Positions 1-11,421 of a stretch of 32,000 nucleotides of DNA are shown one piece after another. The notes beneath the pieces were generated by a model, which saw only the letters and a list, made by a program, of their open reading frames with translations, was not told the origin of the DNA and made no database searches. Every line of letters starts with the position of its first letter. The first letter of the stretch is position 1. The position numbers and the translations under genes were made by a program. Source of the stretch: an uncultured Erysipelotrichaceae bacterium (GTDB taxonomy: Bacteria; Bacillota_I; Bacilli_A; Erysipelotrichales; Erysipelotrichaceae); contig CAYNZZ010000010.1 of assembly GCA_964401865.1 (NCBI GenBank), forward strand, positions 13,316 to 45,315. Direction: 5' to 3'.

Positions 1-989
1 CATCCGATCCTAAACAATACACTAAATTATCGAAAGAACAAGCATCAATTAAGGGTGCTTTTGATGCTTATCAAGATTATAAAAAATTAACCAGTGCTTT
101 AAATGATGCTAAAGAAATGCTTAATGATGAAGATGAAGAAATCAAAGCTATGGCTGAAGCGGAAGTAGCGGAGTTAGAAGCTAAGGTTGAAGAAATTGAA
201 AAACATATTGAAGTATTGCTGATTCCAAAAGACCCTGAAGATGCTTATGATTGCATCGTTGAAATCAGAGGAGCTGCCGGTGGCGATGAAGGAAACATTT
301 TTGCCGGTGATTTATATCGTATGTATTCATACTATGCTGAAAGTCTTGGATATAAGATACAAGTTATGGAATCTTCTGAATCAGAAGCAGGTGGATACAC
401 ACTTATTTCTTTCTTAGTTAAAGGACAAGATGCTTATCGCCATTTCAAATTTGAAAGTGGTGCTCATCGTGTGCAAAGAGTTCCAAAGACTGAAACGCAA
501 GGAAGAATACATACTTCAACAGCAACTGTACTAGTGCTTCCGGATATTGAAGAAGCAGATATTGAAATTCCTGATTCAGATTTAACAATTGAAACTCATC
601 GTTCTTCAGGCGCTGGCGGACAGCATATCAATAAGACTGATAGTGCGGTTAGAATTACTCATATTCCTACTGGAATTAGTGTAAACTGTCAAGATGGAAG
701 AAGCCAAATGGCTAACCGTGAAACAGCTTTAAAGATTATTCGTGCTCGTGTCTATGAAGAAATGGCTAGACAGAAGGCTGAAAAAGAAGGGGCAATCAGA
801 AAATCTAAGATTGGAACGGGGGATAGATCAGAAAAAATCAGAACGTACAACTATCCGCAAAATCGTGTTTCCGATCATCGCATCGGTTTGACAATTACAC
901 AGCTTGATAGAATCATCGAGGGAAAACTTGATGATATTATTAATGCACTATTGGCCAATGATGAAAAAGAGAAATTATTAAATGAGTAG
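1..989 (+). CDS. prfA: Peptide chain release factor 1 (5' end cut by window edge)
   Basis: The frame of ORF 117..989 stays open to the window start; upstream codons read [26 protein letters not shown]. It has the GGQ motif ([11 protein letters not shown]) and an RF1-type PxT motif ([14 protein letters not shown]). Confidence 0.95.
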   Translation, partial: SDPKQYTKLSKEQASIKGAFDAYQDYKKLTSALNDAKEMLNDEDEEIKAMAEAEVAELEAKVEEIEKHIEVLLIPKDPEDAYDCIVEIRGAAGGDEGNIFAGDLYRMYSYYAESLGYKIQVMESSESEAGGYTLISFLVKGQDAYRHFKFESGAHRVQRVPKTETQGRIHTSTATVLVLPDIEEADIEIPDSDLTIETHRSSGAGGQHINKTDSAVRITHIPTGISVNCQDGRSQMANRETALKIIRARVYEEMARQKAEKEGAIRKSKIGTGDRSEKIRTYNYPQNRVSDHRIGLTITQLDRIIEGKLDDIINALLANDEKEKLLNE

Positions 990-1827
990 TTATAACGATC
1001 TATTACATCAATATAAAAAAGATTTTGAAAAGAAAGATATTCCTCTTTCGACTATCAAAGCTTTTTTATTTGAACTTTGTAGTGAAAAAGAAGTAGATTT
1101 ATATACCAACTTAGATTTAAAGACTGATGAAGAAATAGAGAAGGCTTTTCATTCGGGAATCAGTAAAATCCTTGAAGGAATGCCAATGAATTATGTATTG
1201 GGTTATTGCTGGTTCTATGGTTATAAATTAAAGGTCAATGATGATGTGCTTATTCCAAGATATGAAACTGAAGAATTGGTACTCCAAATCTTAAAACGCA
1301 TCGATAGATTTGAAAGAAAAGATTTGGTTTTAGCTGATATCGGTACAGGCTCAGGAGCGATAGCGATAAGCTTGAAAAAAGAAGAGCCTGAACTCAATGT
1401 ATATGCTAGTGACATATCTTTAAAAGCCATTGAAGTCGCTAAAGAAAATGCTAAGAGTTTAGATGCTGATATCACATTTTTAAGCGGTGATATGCTAAAA
1501 CCATTGATTGAAAAAGGTATTAAATTAGATATTTTGGTATCTAATCCACCATATATTCCAAGCGATGAAGTCATGGAACATTCAGTTGTTGATTTTGAAC
1601 CACATGTTGCACTATTCGGTGGAAAAGACGGATTGAAGTTTTATGAGTCGATTATTAATGATGCTCCTAAGGTTTTAAATCCCGGTGCATTTATGGCTTT
1701 TGAAATTGGATATAATCAAAAAGAAGTTTTGACTGATTTATTTAAAAATGCCTTTAAAAATAGTAAAGTAGAAGTCATTAAAGATATAAATGGCAAAGAT
1801 AGAATGTTATTTGTTAAAATGAATTAG
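982..1827 (+). CDS. prmC: Release factor glutamine N5-methyltransferase (HemK/PrmC)
   Basis: It overlaps the prfA stop by 8 nt, the classic prfA-prmC pairing. It has a SAM-binding motif ([12 protein letters not shown]) and the NPPY catalytic motif (VSNPPYIP). Confidence 0.9.
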   Translation: MSSYNDLLHQYKKDFEKKDIPLSTIKAFLFELCSEKEVDLYTNLDLKTDEEIEKAFHSGISKILEGMPMNYVLGYCWFYGYKLKVNDDVLIPRYETEELVLQILKRIDRFERKDLVLADIGTGSGAIAISLKKEEPELNVYASDISLKAIEVAKENAKSLDADITFLSGDMLKPLIEKGIKLDILVSNPPYIPSDEVMEHSVVDFEPHVALFGGKDGLKFYESIINDAPKVLNPGAFMAFEIGYNQKEVLTDLFKNAFKNSKVEVIKDINGKDRMLFVKMN

Positions 1828-1898
1828 TTTTCACATTATTAACACAATAATCTGATTAAATATGAGTATAGATAATTTTTTCATTTTATACTCTACTT

Positions 1899-1930
1899 AA
1901 AAAGCTCGTTACTAAATGGGCTTTTTATTT
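1899..1930 (+). terminator. Candidate rho-independent terminator after prmC
   Basis: The stem aaaagctc / gggctttt has one G-U pair and a 10-nt loop, and is followed by a T-rich run. Confidence 0.4.
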
Positions 1931-1979
1931 TCATATAGACTGATTTGTTTTATAATATGAACATTGAGAGGTTAAAAAA

Positions 1980-2861
1980 ATGAGTGAATATATCGTTTCT
2001 TGCTGTTCAACAGTAGATATGGATTTAGAGTTCTTTGAAAAAAGAAATATACCTTTTATTCCATTTCATTTCAATATGGATGGTCAAGAATATCTTGATG
2101 ATTATGGTAAAAGCATAAGTATTGAAGACTTTTATAAAGCTATAGATAATGGTGCCGAACCTAATACATCACAAATCAGTATTTTTGAATATACTAATTT
2201 CTTTGAACCATATTTAAAAGAAGGTAAGAGCATTTTACATATGACGTTATCAAGTGGCATTAGCGGATCATATAATTCAGCAACTTTAGCAGCGAAAGAA
2301 TTGAATGAAAAGTATGAGGCCAAGGTTTGCGTTATCGATTCTCTATCGGCATCAAGTGGATTTGGTTTATTAGTCAGTCTTGCTGATGATAATTTAAAAA
2401 ATAGCATGTCATTTGAAGATAATTGCAGATATATTGAAGAAGAGAGACATAACATTCAACAATGGTTCTTTACTTCTAATTTGACACATTTAATTCGTGG
2501 AGGTCGTGTATCTAAAACCGCTGGTTTTGTCGGCACAGCTTTACATGTCTGCCCATTACTTCGCGTAACTTATGAGGGTAAACTTGAAACTTTTGAAAAG
2601 GTTCGTGGCAAGAAAAAAGTTATTAAGTCCATAGTTGATAAGATGGAAACCTTAGCTGATAATGGAACTGATTATGACGGTTACGTTTATATCTCTAATT
2701 CAGCTTGCTTAGAAGATGGCGAAGCATTAAAGGAAGAAATATTATCGCGTTTTCCTAAAGTTAAGAAAATCGGTATCTATTCAATAGGAACTGTTATCGG
2801 TTCACACACGGGTCCTGGTACGGTTGCGTTATTTTATAAAGGTGCAAAAAGAGTGAATTAA
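1980..2861 (+). CDS. DegV family fatty-acid-binding protein
   Basis: It shows the DegV pattern: TSQISIFEY, LSSGISGSYNSA, VIDSLSASSGFG, LIRGGRVSK, IGSHTGPGTVALF. A GAGAGG RBS lies 8 nt upstream. Confidence 0.8.
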   Translation: MSEYIVSCCSTVDMDLEFFEKRNIPFIPFHFNMDGQEYLDDYGKSISIEDFYKAIDNGAEPNTSQISIFEYTNFFEPYLKEGKSILHMTLSSGISGSYNSATLAAKELNEKYEAKVCVIDSLSASSGFGLLVSLADDNLKNSMSFEDNCRYIEEERHNIQQWFFTSNLTHLIRGGRVSKTAGFVGTALHVCPLLRVTYEGKLETFEKVRGKKKVIKSIVDKMETLADNGTDYDGYVYISNSACLEDGEALKEEILSRFPKVKKIGIYSIGTVIGSHTGPGTVALFYKGAKRVN

Positions 2862-2864
2862 AAA

Positions 2865-2918
2865 AGAGCTTGAAGCTAGTCAAATAGTTTATACTAAATG
2901 AACTTGCTTCAAGCTTTT
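2865..2918. terminator. Bidirectional terminator hairpin between convergent DegV and ATPase genes
   Basis: The inverted repeat agcttgaagc (2867-2876) / gcttcaagct (2906-2915) is flanked by A-run and T-run sequence. Confidence 0.5.
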
Positions 2919-5196
2919 AATATAATTTATCAATCTTTTCAGATAGTTTGCTAGAAATATTTAATCTTTTGAAAATGATATATAAAACTATTGATAGCAA
3001 TGATAGTGCAATGATTATCAAGGTGTGTTTGAAATCAAGCTCTAGTAAATAAAAGAAGTCTTTCTTGACTATATAAGCGATAAACATTCCAAAAATAGCG
3101 ATAATAATTAAAGACAGCCTAAGAATATTTAGCGGTTTAGAAATGTCGTATAAAACATAAATCAAAATGATGAAAGTAACGAAGACAATTATACTTTGAA
3201 AAAATAAAGGATTAATTAATTCATTATTTTTAGCTAATTCAATTATGACAATAGATGCCAAAATAGCTAGAGCACTAGGTATGGCTCTTGATAATACATT
3301 GGCTAAGAAATTGCCTTTTACAATACTTCGATCGGGTTCAAGCGAAAGAACAAAAGAAGGAAAGCCAATGCATAATGCAGAAATGAGCGTCAATTGAATA
3401 GGACTAAACGGATACTCTTTAAAAAAGAATATCGTCAACAACGATAATAAAATTGATAGAACAGTCTTAGACAGAAATAGAGTTGATGTCCTTTGAATAT
3501 TATTAATGACTCTTCTTCCTTCATCGACTATTTTATGCATATGTGAGAAATCATTATCCATTAATATTACATTAGCGATATTTTTAGCGCTTTCAGCACC
3601 ATCAAACATTGCAACAGAAAAGTCCGCTTCTTTTAAAGCCATAACATCGTTGACGCCATCACCAACCATACCTACGGTATTGCCATGACTCTTAAGTGTT
3701 TCGATCATTAATCGTTTTTGATCGGGATTTACACGTCCAAAGACATAGTGATCCAAAACTAATTGTTTCAAATCTTCGTCATTGGCTTTTGAACAATCTA
3801 CCAATAGGTCGGAATTTTTAAAATCGACTTTTTTCAAAATATTAGATACTGTGATGGGGTCGTCACCTGAAATAACCTTCAATTCAACATTTTGTTTTGA
3901 AAAGTAAGCTAAAGTTTCTTTAGCGTTTTTTCTAATTTCATCTTGAATGATAATAAGAGCGATAACCATCTTATTTTTACTTAACGCCAGTACACGATTA
4001 CCTAATTCAGCTTGGTCTTGTATTGTCTTTTCAATATTATTTTGAGGTTTTACATCTAAAAACTGATATGCACCTATTTCATATCTTATACCATTGCATT
4101 CCATTGCTGATTTCTTATTACTTGAAGAAAAGGTTTCGATCTTGGATGCTGGCATATCGCTATAATATTTGAAATAAGCCTTTAAAGCATTGGCAGTAGG
4201 GTTATCATCACCGATTTGTCTCATCATATTGGCGATGATATTTGAAATGTCGTCATTGCTGTAAGGCAAGACATCGACAACTTTTAAATTTCCATTTGTT
4301 ATGGTACCGGTTTTATCTAAACATAGGACATTACATCTAGCTAAAGTTTCTAAAGAATACATTTCTTGAACCAGAGTATTTTCTCTTGAAAGTTTTAATG
4401 CACCCAAAGTCAAAGAAACAGAAGTCAGCAATATCAAACCCTCAGGTATCATACCAACTAACGAAGCAACGGTCTGTAAAATCGACTCATCAAGTGGGAT
4501 GCCGGAGATATAGTATTGTTTTAAAAAGATGAGGATACCAATAGGAACAATAATCAATGAAACACTTTTTATAATGAAATCAAGCGCATCTTTCAATCTT
4601 GATGGTTGTCTTTTCTCTCTTTTGGCATTTTTTAGGATTTTGTTGATGTAATTGTCCTTGCCGACTCTTGTAATCTCCATTAGACAGGATCCGCTAGTGA
4701 TGAAACTACCGGCATACAGTTGATCATTTACTCTTTTTTCAATATGCTCAGATTCGCCGGTTAGTAAAGATTCATTTACTGTAACCTTGCCATCTTTGAT
4801 GACACCATCACTCAATATTTGGTCACCCAATTTCAATTTACATATGTCATTTATGACTAAATCATTGCCGTTTAGTTTGATTAGTTCATCGTTGCGGTAG
4901 GTATAGGCGTGTGGTTGTGATAACAATCTTAATTTATCTAATGTTTTTTTGGCCCTTAGTTCTTGAATAATACCAATGGTCGTATTGATGATTATTACAA
5001 TTATAAATAGAGCGTTACGATACTGACCAGTGATAAAGACCATTATGGCTAGTATGACATTGATTATATTAAAAAGAGTAAAGATGTTTGAACTGATGAT
5101 CTTTGAATTACTCTTGATTGTATAATCGGGATTGGTATTTACTTCACCATTTTGAATTCTTTTGAAAACTTCCTCATCACTTAGGCCGATTTTCAT
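2917..5196 (-). CDS. Cation-transporting P-type ATPase (HAD-IC family, substrate unknown)
   Basis: 759 aa with multiple TM segments. Motifs present: TGES, phosphorylation motif CLDKTGTITNG, hinge motif MVGDGVNDVMALKEAD. Confidence 0.85.
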   Translation of the reverse strand: MKIGLSDEEVFKRIQNGEVNTNPDYTIKSNSKIISSNIFTLFNIINVILAIMVFITGQYRNALFIIVIIINTTIGIIQELRAKKTLDKLRLLSQPHAYTYRNDELIKLNGNDLVINDICKLKLGDQILSDGVIKDGKVTVNESLLTGESEHIEKRVNDQLYAGSFITSGSCLMEITRVGKDNYINKILKNAKREKRQPSRLKDALDFIIKSVSLIIVPIGILIFLKQYYISGIPLDESILQTVASLVGMIPEGLILLTSVSLTLGALKLSRENTLVQEMYSLETLARCNVLCLDKTGTITNGNLKVVDVLPYSNDDISNIIANMMRQIGDDNPTANALKAYFKYYSDMPASKIETFSSSNKKSAMECNGIRYEIGAYQFLDVKPQNNIEKTIQDQAELGNRVLALSKNKMVIALIIIQDEIRKNAKETLAYFSKQNVELKVISGDDPITVSNILKKVDFKNSDLLVDCSKANDEDLKQLVLDHYVFGRVNPDQKRLMIETLKSHGNTVGMVGDGVNDVMALKEADFSVAMFDGAESAKNIANVILMDNDFSHMHKIVDEGRRVINNIQRTSTLFLSKTVLSILLSLLTIFFFKEYPFSPIQLTLISALCIGFPSFVLSLEPDRSIVKGNFLANVLSRAIPSALAILASIVIIELAKNNELINPLFFQSIIVFVTFIILIYVLYDISKPLNILRLSLIIIAIFGMFIAYIVKKDFFYLLELDFKHTLIIIALSLLSIVLYIIFKRLNISSKLSEKIDKLY

Positions 5197-5678
5197 ATCT
5201 TTTTCTCCATGTAGTAATCGTCCATAACATAGCCATTGCCGATTTCTTTTACAAAAGAGTCGATTATTTCAAAGCCCCAGTGTTTATAAATCTCGATAGT
5301 GTTGTAGTTATATTTATTTACGGTTAGACGAATACTCTTTAAATTGTTGCTCCTTGCATATTCAATGGCATCGTTAAGTAATGCTTTGGCAATACCTTTA
5401 CCTCTTTGAGTTTTTAAAACATATAATTTTGACAAGAAAAGATAATCATTTTCAATTTTGTATTCACTAAATGCGACATATTCATTTTCTTCTTCACATA
5501 ACTTAAATACGGTTCCTTGAGCAAGTTCTTCTTCGATGGCTTTCTTAGATAAGAAATTTTCAACCATGTATTCAGCTTGTTTAACACCGATTATATCTTT
5601 AAAGTGATCGATAAATATTTCTTTAGCAATTACTGCTGTATCATTTACTAAATCTTTTTCAACATTGATTAGTTTCAT
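5193..5678 (-). CDS. GNAT family N-acetyltransferase
   Basis: 161 aa with the acetyl-CoA binding motif TQRGKGIAKALL. There is a 4-nt overlap with the start of the downstream ATPase gene. Confidence 0.75.
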   Translation of the reverse strand: MKLINVEKDLVNDTAVIAKEIFIDHFKDIIGVKQAEYMVENFLSKKAIEEELAQGTVFKLCEEENEYVAFSEYKIENDYLFLSKLYVLKTQRGKGIAKALLNDAIEYARSNNLKSIRLTVNKYNYNTIEIYKHWGFEIIDSFVKEIGNGYVMDDYYMEKKI

Positions 5679-5757
5679 AATTATTCATCTCCTAATAAAT
5701 AATATTTTAGCATTATTTTTAACTTTGATATAGAATATATAGATAGAGGTGAATATT

Positions 5758-6858
5758 ATGGGTTTAACAGCAGGAATTGTTGGTTTGCCTAATGTGGGGA
5801 AATCAACTCTTTTTAACGCTATTACTAATAGTAAGGTAGAGGCAGCGAATTATCCGTTTGCCACAATAGAACCAAATGTAGGAATTGTTGAAGTTAAAGA
5901 TGAAAGATTAACTAATTTAAGTAAATTATTTGAGCCAGAACGAACAATTTATACGACATTTGAATTCACAGATATTGCCGGACTTGTAAAAGGAGCCAGC
6001 AATGGTGAAGGTTTAGGAAATAAGTTTCTAGCTAATATTCGAGATGTTGATGCAATTTGCCATGTTGTGAGATGTTTCGAAGATAATTCAATCACTCATG
6101 TTTATAATCGCATCGATCCACTTGACGATGTAGAGATAATCAATATGGAATTAATCATGGCCGATTTAACAACTTTAGAAAACAGAGTTAATAAAATAGC
6201 TAAGAAAGCTCAGACTAATGATAGTGAAGCAAAAGCTGAAATGAAGATATTAGAAAAGATTATGACATGTCTAAAAGAGGGCAAGCTCATATCTAGCCTT
6301 GAATTCTCCAAAGAGGAAACAGCTTATATGAAGGCTTATCAGTTTTTGACTTCAAAGCCTGTTATTTATATTGCGAATATTAAAGAAGAAGAAATCAATG
6401 ATCCAACTGTGAACGAAAACTATAATAAGTTAAAGAAATATGCCGATGAAAACAAAGCAGAAGTTGTAGCCATTTCTGCTAAGATCGAAGAAGATTTATC
6501 AGATATGGAAAAGGAAGAAAAATTGGCTTTCTTAAATGATTTGGGCATTAATAGATCGGGTCTTGACGAACTTATTTTGAAAGCTTATAAGACGCTGGGT
6601 TTAAATACTTTCTTTACTGTTGGTAAAGATGAATGTCGCGGCTGGACTTTTAAAGACGGTATGACTGCTCCAGAGTGTGCTGGCGTAATTCATAGCGATT
6701 TTCAAAAAGGTTTCATCAAAGCAGAAGTATTTACATATGAAGATATGATGGAATATCAAAGTGAAGTAAAACTAAAAGAAGCAGGGAAGTTACGTCTTGA
6801 AGGTAAAGACTATATCGCTAAAGATGGTGATATAATGCACTTTAGATTTAATGTTTAA
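5758..6858 (+). CDS. ychF: Redox-regulated ATPase YchF (Obg-family GTPase)
   Basis: The N-terminus [21 protein letters not shown] carries a P-loop and the protein has a C-terminal TGS-like end. I prefer the ATG at 5758 (AGAGG RBS 8 nt upstream) over the GTG at 5749 in the ORF track. Confidence 0.9.
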   Translation: MGLTAGIVGLPNVGKSTLFNAITNSKVEAANYPFATIEPNVGIVEVKDERLTNLSKLFEPERTIYTTFEFTDIAGLVKGASNGEGLGNKFLANIRDVDAICHVVRCFEDNSITHVYNRIDPLDDVEIINMELIMADLTTLENRVNKIAKKAQTNDSEAKAEMKILEKIMTCLKEGKLISSLEFSKEETAYMKAYQFLTSKPVIYIANIKEEEINDPTVNENYNKLKKYADENKAEVVAISAKIEEDLSDMEKEEKLAFLNDLGINRSGLDELILKAYKTLGLNTFFTVGKDECRGWTFKDGMTAPECAGVIHSDFQKGFIKAEVFTYEDMMEYQSEVKLKEAGKLRLEGKDYIAKDGDIMHFRFNV

Positions 6859-6860
6859 AA

Positions 6861-8045
6861 ATGAAAAGATATTTAGTGGCTGTATCAGGAGGGCCAGACT
6901 CAATGGCTCTTTTGGATACACTAAGAGTAAGAGGATATAATCTTGTAATAGCTCATGTCAATTACAATAAAAGAGATAGCGCTTTAAGAGATATGCTCAT
7001 TGTTAATGAATATGCAAGGAGATATTCGATACCTTTGGTTATTAAAAATGCATTTTCAAAAGATGTGTATGGTAATTTCCAAAACTGGGCTCGTGATTTT
7101 AGATATCATTTTTTTAAAGAAATCTATGATAAATATCATTGTGATGCACTGCTGATAGCTCATCAGGAAGATGATTTAATCGAGACCTATCTCATGCAGA
7201 AAGAAAAAAACCTAAGACCGCATTATTACGGATTAAAAAAAGATAGTTCTTTATATGGTATGATTATTTCACGACCATTATTGAATGTTAAAAGGTCAAC
7301 GATTTTAAGGTATCTAAAAATAAAAAAAATAACATATGGGATTGATGAAAGCAATTTGACTAATGATTATCGTCGTAATCAATTGAGACACGAGATTGTT
7401 GAAAAGATGGATGACGAAAAGAGAAATGAGATATTAAGTGAAATTACATCGCTAAATTATCAATTACTAAAAAAAGAAGAATTGATAAAAAAGACTTTTC
7501 AAGGAGTAAAAAAAATAAGTATTCAAGATTTTTTAAAGTTTGAAGATCAAAAAGGACTTTTGAGATATCTCTTGTACAGTAATTTGAGCGATAAACATCT
7601 TAATAATTTGATTAGAATTATTAAGGATGGCAAGTCATTTGAAGTTAAAATAAAAGATAAATATTTTGTGAAAGAATATGGTTATATCGAAAGTTATGAT
7701 TGTGTAAAATCATATCATTTTAGTTATGATAAATTATGTTATACAAAAGAAAAGTATTTCGCTTTTGTTGATAAAGGTACAAACAAGCAGGCTTTGAGCT
7801 TGTCAAAAGATGATTTTCCTATTACGGTTCGCAATTTTGAAAATGGCGACAAAATAAAAATGCGATATGGAACTAAGAAGGTATCACGTTTTTTTATCGA
7901 CAACAAGATTCCTAGCAAATACCGTAAGATTTGGCCGGTTGTTGTCAACAAGAATCATGAGATAATATTCGTTCCACAAATAGGTGCTAATATCAATCAT
8001 TATTGTACAAATAGCGATTTATTTGTGGTAGAATCTTTATATTAA
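6861..8045 (+). CDS. tilS: tRNA(Ile)-lysidine synthase
   Basis: It has the PP-loop motif VAVSGGPDSMAL and sits in the tilS-hpt-ftsH order conserved in Bacillota. Confidence 0.9.
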   Translation: MKRYLVAVSGGPDSMALLDTLRVRGYNLVIAHVNYNKRDSALRDMLIVNEYARRYSIPLVIKNAFSKDVYGNFQNWARDFRYHFFKEIYDKYHCDALLIAHQEDDLIETYLMQKEKNLRPHYYGLKKDSSLYGMIISRPLLNVKRSTILRYLKIKKITYGIDESNLTNDYRRNQLRHEIVEKMDDEKRNEILSEITSLNYQLLKKEELIKKTFQGVKKISIQDFLKFEDQKGLLRYLLYSNLSDKHLNNLIRIIKDGKSFEVKIKDKYFVKEYGYIESYDCVKSYHFSYDKLCYTKEKYFAFVDKGTNKQALSLSKDDFPITVRNFENGDKIKMRYGTKKVSRFFIDNKIPSKYRKIWPVVVNKNHEIIFVPQIGANINHYCTNSDLFVVESLY

Positions 8046-8061
8046 GGGGGTAAGTCTTATA

Positions 8062-8607
8062 ATGCATACAGATATTGAATCAATATTGTTTAGTGAAGAA
8101 GAAATAAGAACTAAATCAATGGAACTAGCTTCGAAGATTAATGAAGATTTTCAAGGCAAAAAACCAATAGTGGTTGGCTTGTTGAAGGGATCGGTTCCAT
8201 TTATGGCTGAACTTATGAAACATATCACATTAGACATCGAAATTGATTTTATGGATGTATCGAGTTATAGCGGTACAGAATCTGTAGGTGATGTAAGAAT
8301 AAATAAAGATCTTGATTCTTCTGTTAGGGGAATAGATGTCATCTTAGTAGAAGATATTGTTGATACTGGAAAGACTTTGGCTAAAGTACGCGAATTAATG
8401 TATCAAAAGGGCGCAAGCAATGTCAAAATCGTATCACTTTTAGATAAACCCGATAGAAGACTCATAGATATACAAGCTGATTATGTTGGATTTGAAATCC
8501 CTAATGAGTTTGTAGTTGGATATGGTCTTGATTATGACCAAAAATATCGTAATTTACCATATATTGGTATCTTGAAAAAAGGAGTATATGAAAATGCAAA
8601 ATCCTAA
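8062..8607 (+). CDS. hpt: Hypoxanthine-guanine phosphoribosyltransferase
   Basis: It has the PRPP-binding motif VILVEDIVDTGKTL. An AGGGGG RBS lies upstream. Confidence 0.9.
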   Translation: MHTDIESILFSEEEIRTKSMELASKINEDFQGKKPIVVGLLKGSVPFMAELMKHITLDIEIDFMDVSSYSGTESVGDVRINKDLDSSVRGIDVILVEDIVDTGKTLAKVRELMYQKGASNVKIVSLLDKPDRRLIDIQADYVGFEIPNEFVVGYGLDYDQKYRNLPYIGILKKGVYENAKS

Positions 8608-10510
8608 TAATAAGAATAGATTTATATTTAGCATTCCATATTTAATTGTGCTTATATTTATCGTTTCTATGTTTTTCTCTAATCCTTTGTCAAACCGTAG
8701 TGTTACTCTAGGATATTCAGAATTCATGGATGCCTTAACTAGCGATAGAATTGAGGCGGCTAATGTATCTGTTGACTACAACACAATTAGTATCAATGGT
8801 GTGTTCAAAGATGAAAAAGGAACTAGTTATGAATTCATTTCAACTATTCTAAATACCGAGAATCAATCCGAAGAATTGATGAAACACTTGAATAATATTT
8901 CTTCAGTAAATATTATTGATGCTAATCAATCTAATATTTGGATTGAAGTTCTAGGGAGTGTAATTCCACTTATATTCTTTGGCTTCTTAGCTTTCTTTAT
9001 GTTCAGCAAGATGAGCGGTGGCGGTGCAAATAAACAAGCCTTTGATTTCTCTAAATCTAAAGCTCGTCTTGAAAGCGACATTAAAGTTAGATTTTCTGAT
9101 GTTGCCGGTGCTGATGAAGAAAAAGAAGAAATGGCTGAGATTATCGAATACTTAAAGACACCCAGAAAGTTCGCTAAAATGGGCGCAAGAATCCCTAAGG
9201 GTATTTTGATGGTTGGTTCACCAGGTACTGGTAAGACATTGTTAGCAAAAGCGGTTGCAGGTGAGGCTAATGTTCCTTTCTATTCTATTTCCGGTTCTGA
9301 CTTCGTTGAAATGTTTGTCGGTGTCGGTGCAAGTAGAGTTAGAGATATGTTTAAAACGGCTAAACAAACTGCTCCTTGTATGATTTTCATTGATGAAATT
9401 GATGCTGTAGGTCGTCAACGTGGCGCTGGTATGGGCGGTGGTCATGATGAGCGTGAGCAAACTCTTAACCAGTTGTTAGTTGAAATGGATGGTATGTCAG
9501 ATAATAGCGGTATCGTAGTTATTGCAGCTACTAACCGTCCAGATGTTCTAGATCCTGCACTATTAAGACCTGGTCGTTTTGATAGACAAATCACTGTATC
9601 TTTACCAGATTTGAAAGGTAGAGAAGCCATTTTGAAAGTACATGCCAGAAATAAGAAAATCGCTGACGATGTAAACTTAGAGGCTCTTGCAAGAAGAACT
9701 CCTGGGTTCTCTGGCGCTGATTTGGAAAATGTACTCAATGAAGCTGCTATTTTAACGGTTAGAGAGAATAAAGAAGTTATTTCAACTGAACAAATCGATG
9801 AAGCTATTGATAGAGTAATGATGGGACCAGCCAAGAAGTCTCGTACCTATGATGATAAAACTAAAAAATTGGTTGCTTATCATGAAGCTGGACACGCCAT
9901 TGTTGGTCTAAATTTAAAAGATGGCGCTATCGTCCAAAAAGTTACTATCATTCCACGTGGCAATGCTGGTGGATATAACTTGATTACACCAAGAAAAGAA
10001 AGAATTTTGAATACTCGTAAAGAGTTACTTGACACTATTACTTCTTATATGGGTGGAAGATGTGCTGAAGAAATATTCTTTGATGATATTTCAACTGGTG
10101 CTTCTAGTGATATCCAACAAGCTACAAGAATTGCTAAAGACATGGTTACGACATATGGTATGTCTGATTTGGGGCCTGTTCAATACGATAATGGTTCTCA
10201 ATCGGTATTCTTAGGTCGTGATTACAATTCTCCAAGCAATGCTTCAAGTCAAATTGCTTATGAGATTGATATAGAAGTTAGAAAAATAATTGATCATTGT
10301 CATGATTTTGCAACTAAGATTATTGAAGAACATCGTGATGATTTGATTAAAATTGCCGAGGCGTTGATGACCAATGAAACATTGACTGCTGAAGAGATTC
10401 AAGATGTTTTAGATGGCAAACTAGTAATTCGCGATAATAAACTTGTATCAGTTAATGAAGATGTTGTTATTGACATCAATACAGACGAAAATGATAATGA
10501 AGCCGAATAA
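8588..10510 (+). CDS. ftsH: ATP-dependent zinc metalloprotease FtsH
   Basis: Two N-terminal TM segments, AAA Walker A GSPGTGKT, Walker [10 protein letters not shown]-like ([11 protein letters not shown]), and zinc motif HEAGHA. The alternative start ATG at 8594 has better spacing to the GGAG RBS. Confidence 0.95.
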   Translation: MKMQNPNNKNRFIFSIPYLIVLIFIVSMFFSNPLSNRSVTLGYSEFMDALTSDRIEAANVSVDYNTISINGVFKDEKGTSYEFISTILNTENQSEELMKHLNNISSVNIIDANQSNIWIEVLGSVIPLIFFGFLAFFMFSKMSGGGANKQAFDFSKSKARLESDIKVRFSDVAGADEEKEEMAEIIEYLKTPRKFAKMGARIPKGILMVGSPGTGKTLLAKAVAGEANVPFYSISGSDFVEMFVGVGASRVRDMFKTAKQTAPCMIFIDEIDAVGRQRGAGMGGGHDEREQTLNQLLVEMDGMSDNSGIVVIAATNRPDVLDPALLRPGRFDRQITVSLPDLKGREAILKVHARNKKIADDVNLEALARRTPGFSGADLENVLNEAAILTVRENKEVISTEQIDEAIDRVMMGPAKKSRTYDDKTKKLVAYHEAGHAIVGLNLKDGAIVQKVTIIPRGNAGGYNLITPRKERILNTRKELLDTITSYMGGRCAEEIFFDDISTGASSDIQQATRIAKDMVTTYGMSDLGPVQYDNGSQSVFLGRDYNSPSNASSQIAYEIDIEVRKIIDHCHDFATKIIEEHRDDLIKIAEALMTNETLTAEEIQDVLDGKLVIRDNKLVSVNEDVVIDINTDENDNEAE

Positions 10511-10523
10511 TACTCGGCTTTTA
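10500..10523 (+). terminator. Terminator/attenuator hairpin overlapping the ftsH stop
   Basis: The stem aagccga / tcggctt has a 7-nt loop and is followed by tttt. Confidence 0.55.
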
Positions 10524-10542
10524 AAATGAAAAGAGGTCTTTT

Positions 10543-11421
10543 ATGAATAAAATATTAAAAGCTACTGCTAATAATGGCACAATCAGAATATATCTATGCG
10601 ATATTAAAGAAGCGGTAGAAAAAGCCAGACTAACACATGATTTATACCCCACATCTCTTGCAAGCATGGGTAGAGTGATGGCGATTACGGTCATTATGGC
10701 TTCGATGCTAAAAGGCGAAGAAGAAAGCATCACTACAACTATAAATGGTGGTGGTCCAATTGGCACAATCATGGTAAATGCTAAGTCAAATGGCGATATC
10801 AAAGGTTTTGTAGGTGACAACAAAATATATTTAAAATATAACGATAGTGGCAAATTGGCAGTCGGTGTAGCAGTTGGTAAAGATGGCTATCTTAAAGTAA
10901 CTAAGGATTTGGCTTTAAAACAGAATTTTACAAGTCAAGTTGAGTTACAGAGCGGTGAGATTGGCGATGATTTTGCATATTATTTCGCTCTTTCTGAGCA
11001 AATTCCTTCTTTGGTATCGGTTGGTGTATTGGTTGATACAGATTATTCATGTAAATCTGCCGGTGCGATGTTAATTGAATTAATGCCGGGTCACACAGAA
11101 GAAGATATTTTAAAGGCAGAAGAAGTTCAAAAGAAATTAAAGCCTATTTCTGAGTTGCTATCAAGTGGTCTTAACCTTCAAGATATTTTGAAGATGTATT
11201 TTGAAGACGCTGAAATATTAGAGATGACTACTTGTGATTATCATTGTGATTGCAATCGCGATCGCTTTATTGGCGGTTTGTTTACACTTCCTATTGATGA
11301 GTTAAAGGAATTAGCTAAGGAAGATATTACTGTTAAATGTGAATTTTGTAATAAAGAATATACTTTCAAAAAAGATGAACTTAAAAATTGGGTAGATTAT
11401 GTTCAAAGTCAAAAATCTTGA
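10543..11421 (+). CDS. hslO: Hsp33 redox-regulated chaperonin
   Basis: Length and sequence pattern match Hsp33. The C-terminal zinc centre is present: CDYHCDC ... CEFCNK. Confidence 0.9.
   Translation: MNKILKATANNGTIRIYLCDIKEAVEKARLTHDLYPTSLASMGRVMAITVIMASMLKGEEESITTTINGGGPIGTIMVNAKSNGDIKGFVGDNKIYLKYNDSGKLAVGVAVGKDGYLKVTKDLALKQNFTSQVELQSGEIGDDFAYYFALSEQIPSLVSVGVLVDTDYSCKSAGAMLIELMPGHTEEDILKAEEVQKKLKPISELLSSGLNLQDILKMYFEDAEILEMTTCDYHCDCNRDRFIGGLFTLPIDELKELAKEDITVKCEFCNKEYTFKKDELKNWVDYVQSQKS

Noticed and set aside
1864-1893. The inverted repeat gagtata / tatactc in the prmC-DegV spacer, considered as a possible regulatory hairpin.
   Set aside because: It is only 7 bp, AT-rich and has a 16-nt loop. 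That is within chance expectation for this base composition.
1221-2455. Minus-strand ORFs 1221..1574 and 2132..2455.
   Set aside because: They are antisense shadows of prmC and the DegV gene, Ser/Leu-rich, with no RBS.
5749-5757. The GTG start of ychF given by the ORF track. The same question applies to the starts at 14508 for maf and TTG 25899 for the WYL gene.
   Set aside because: Downstream ATGs give canonical N-termini ([17 protein letters not shown] and MNKIILASGSPRR), better RBS spacing, or remove an overlap with the preceding gene. The longest-ORF starts are therefore probably artefacts.
9242-9834. Two minus-strand ORFs (72 and 130 aa) inside ftsH.
   Set aside because: Both are antisense to the AAA domain of a strongly supported gene and show no independent signals.
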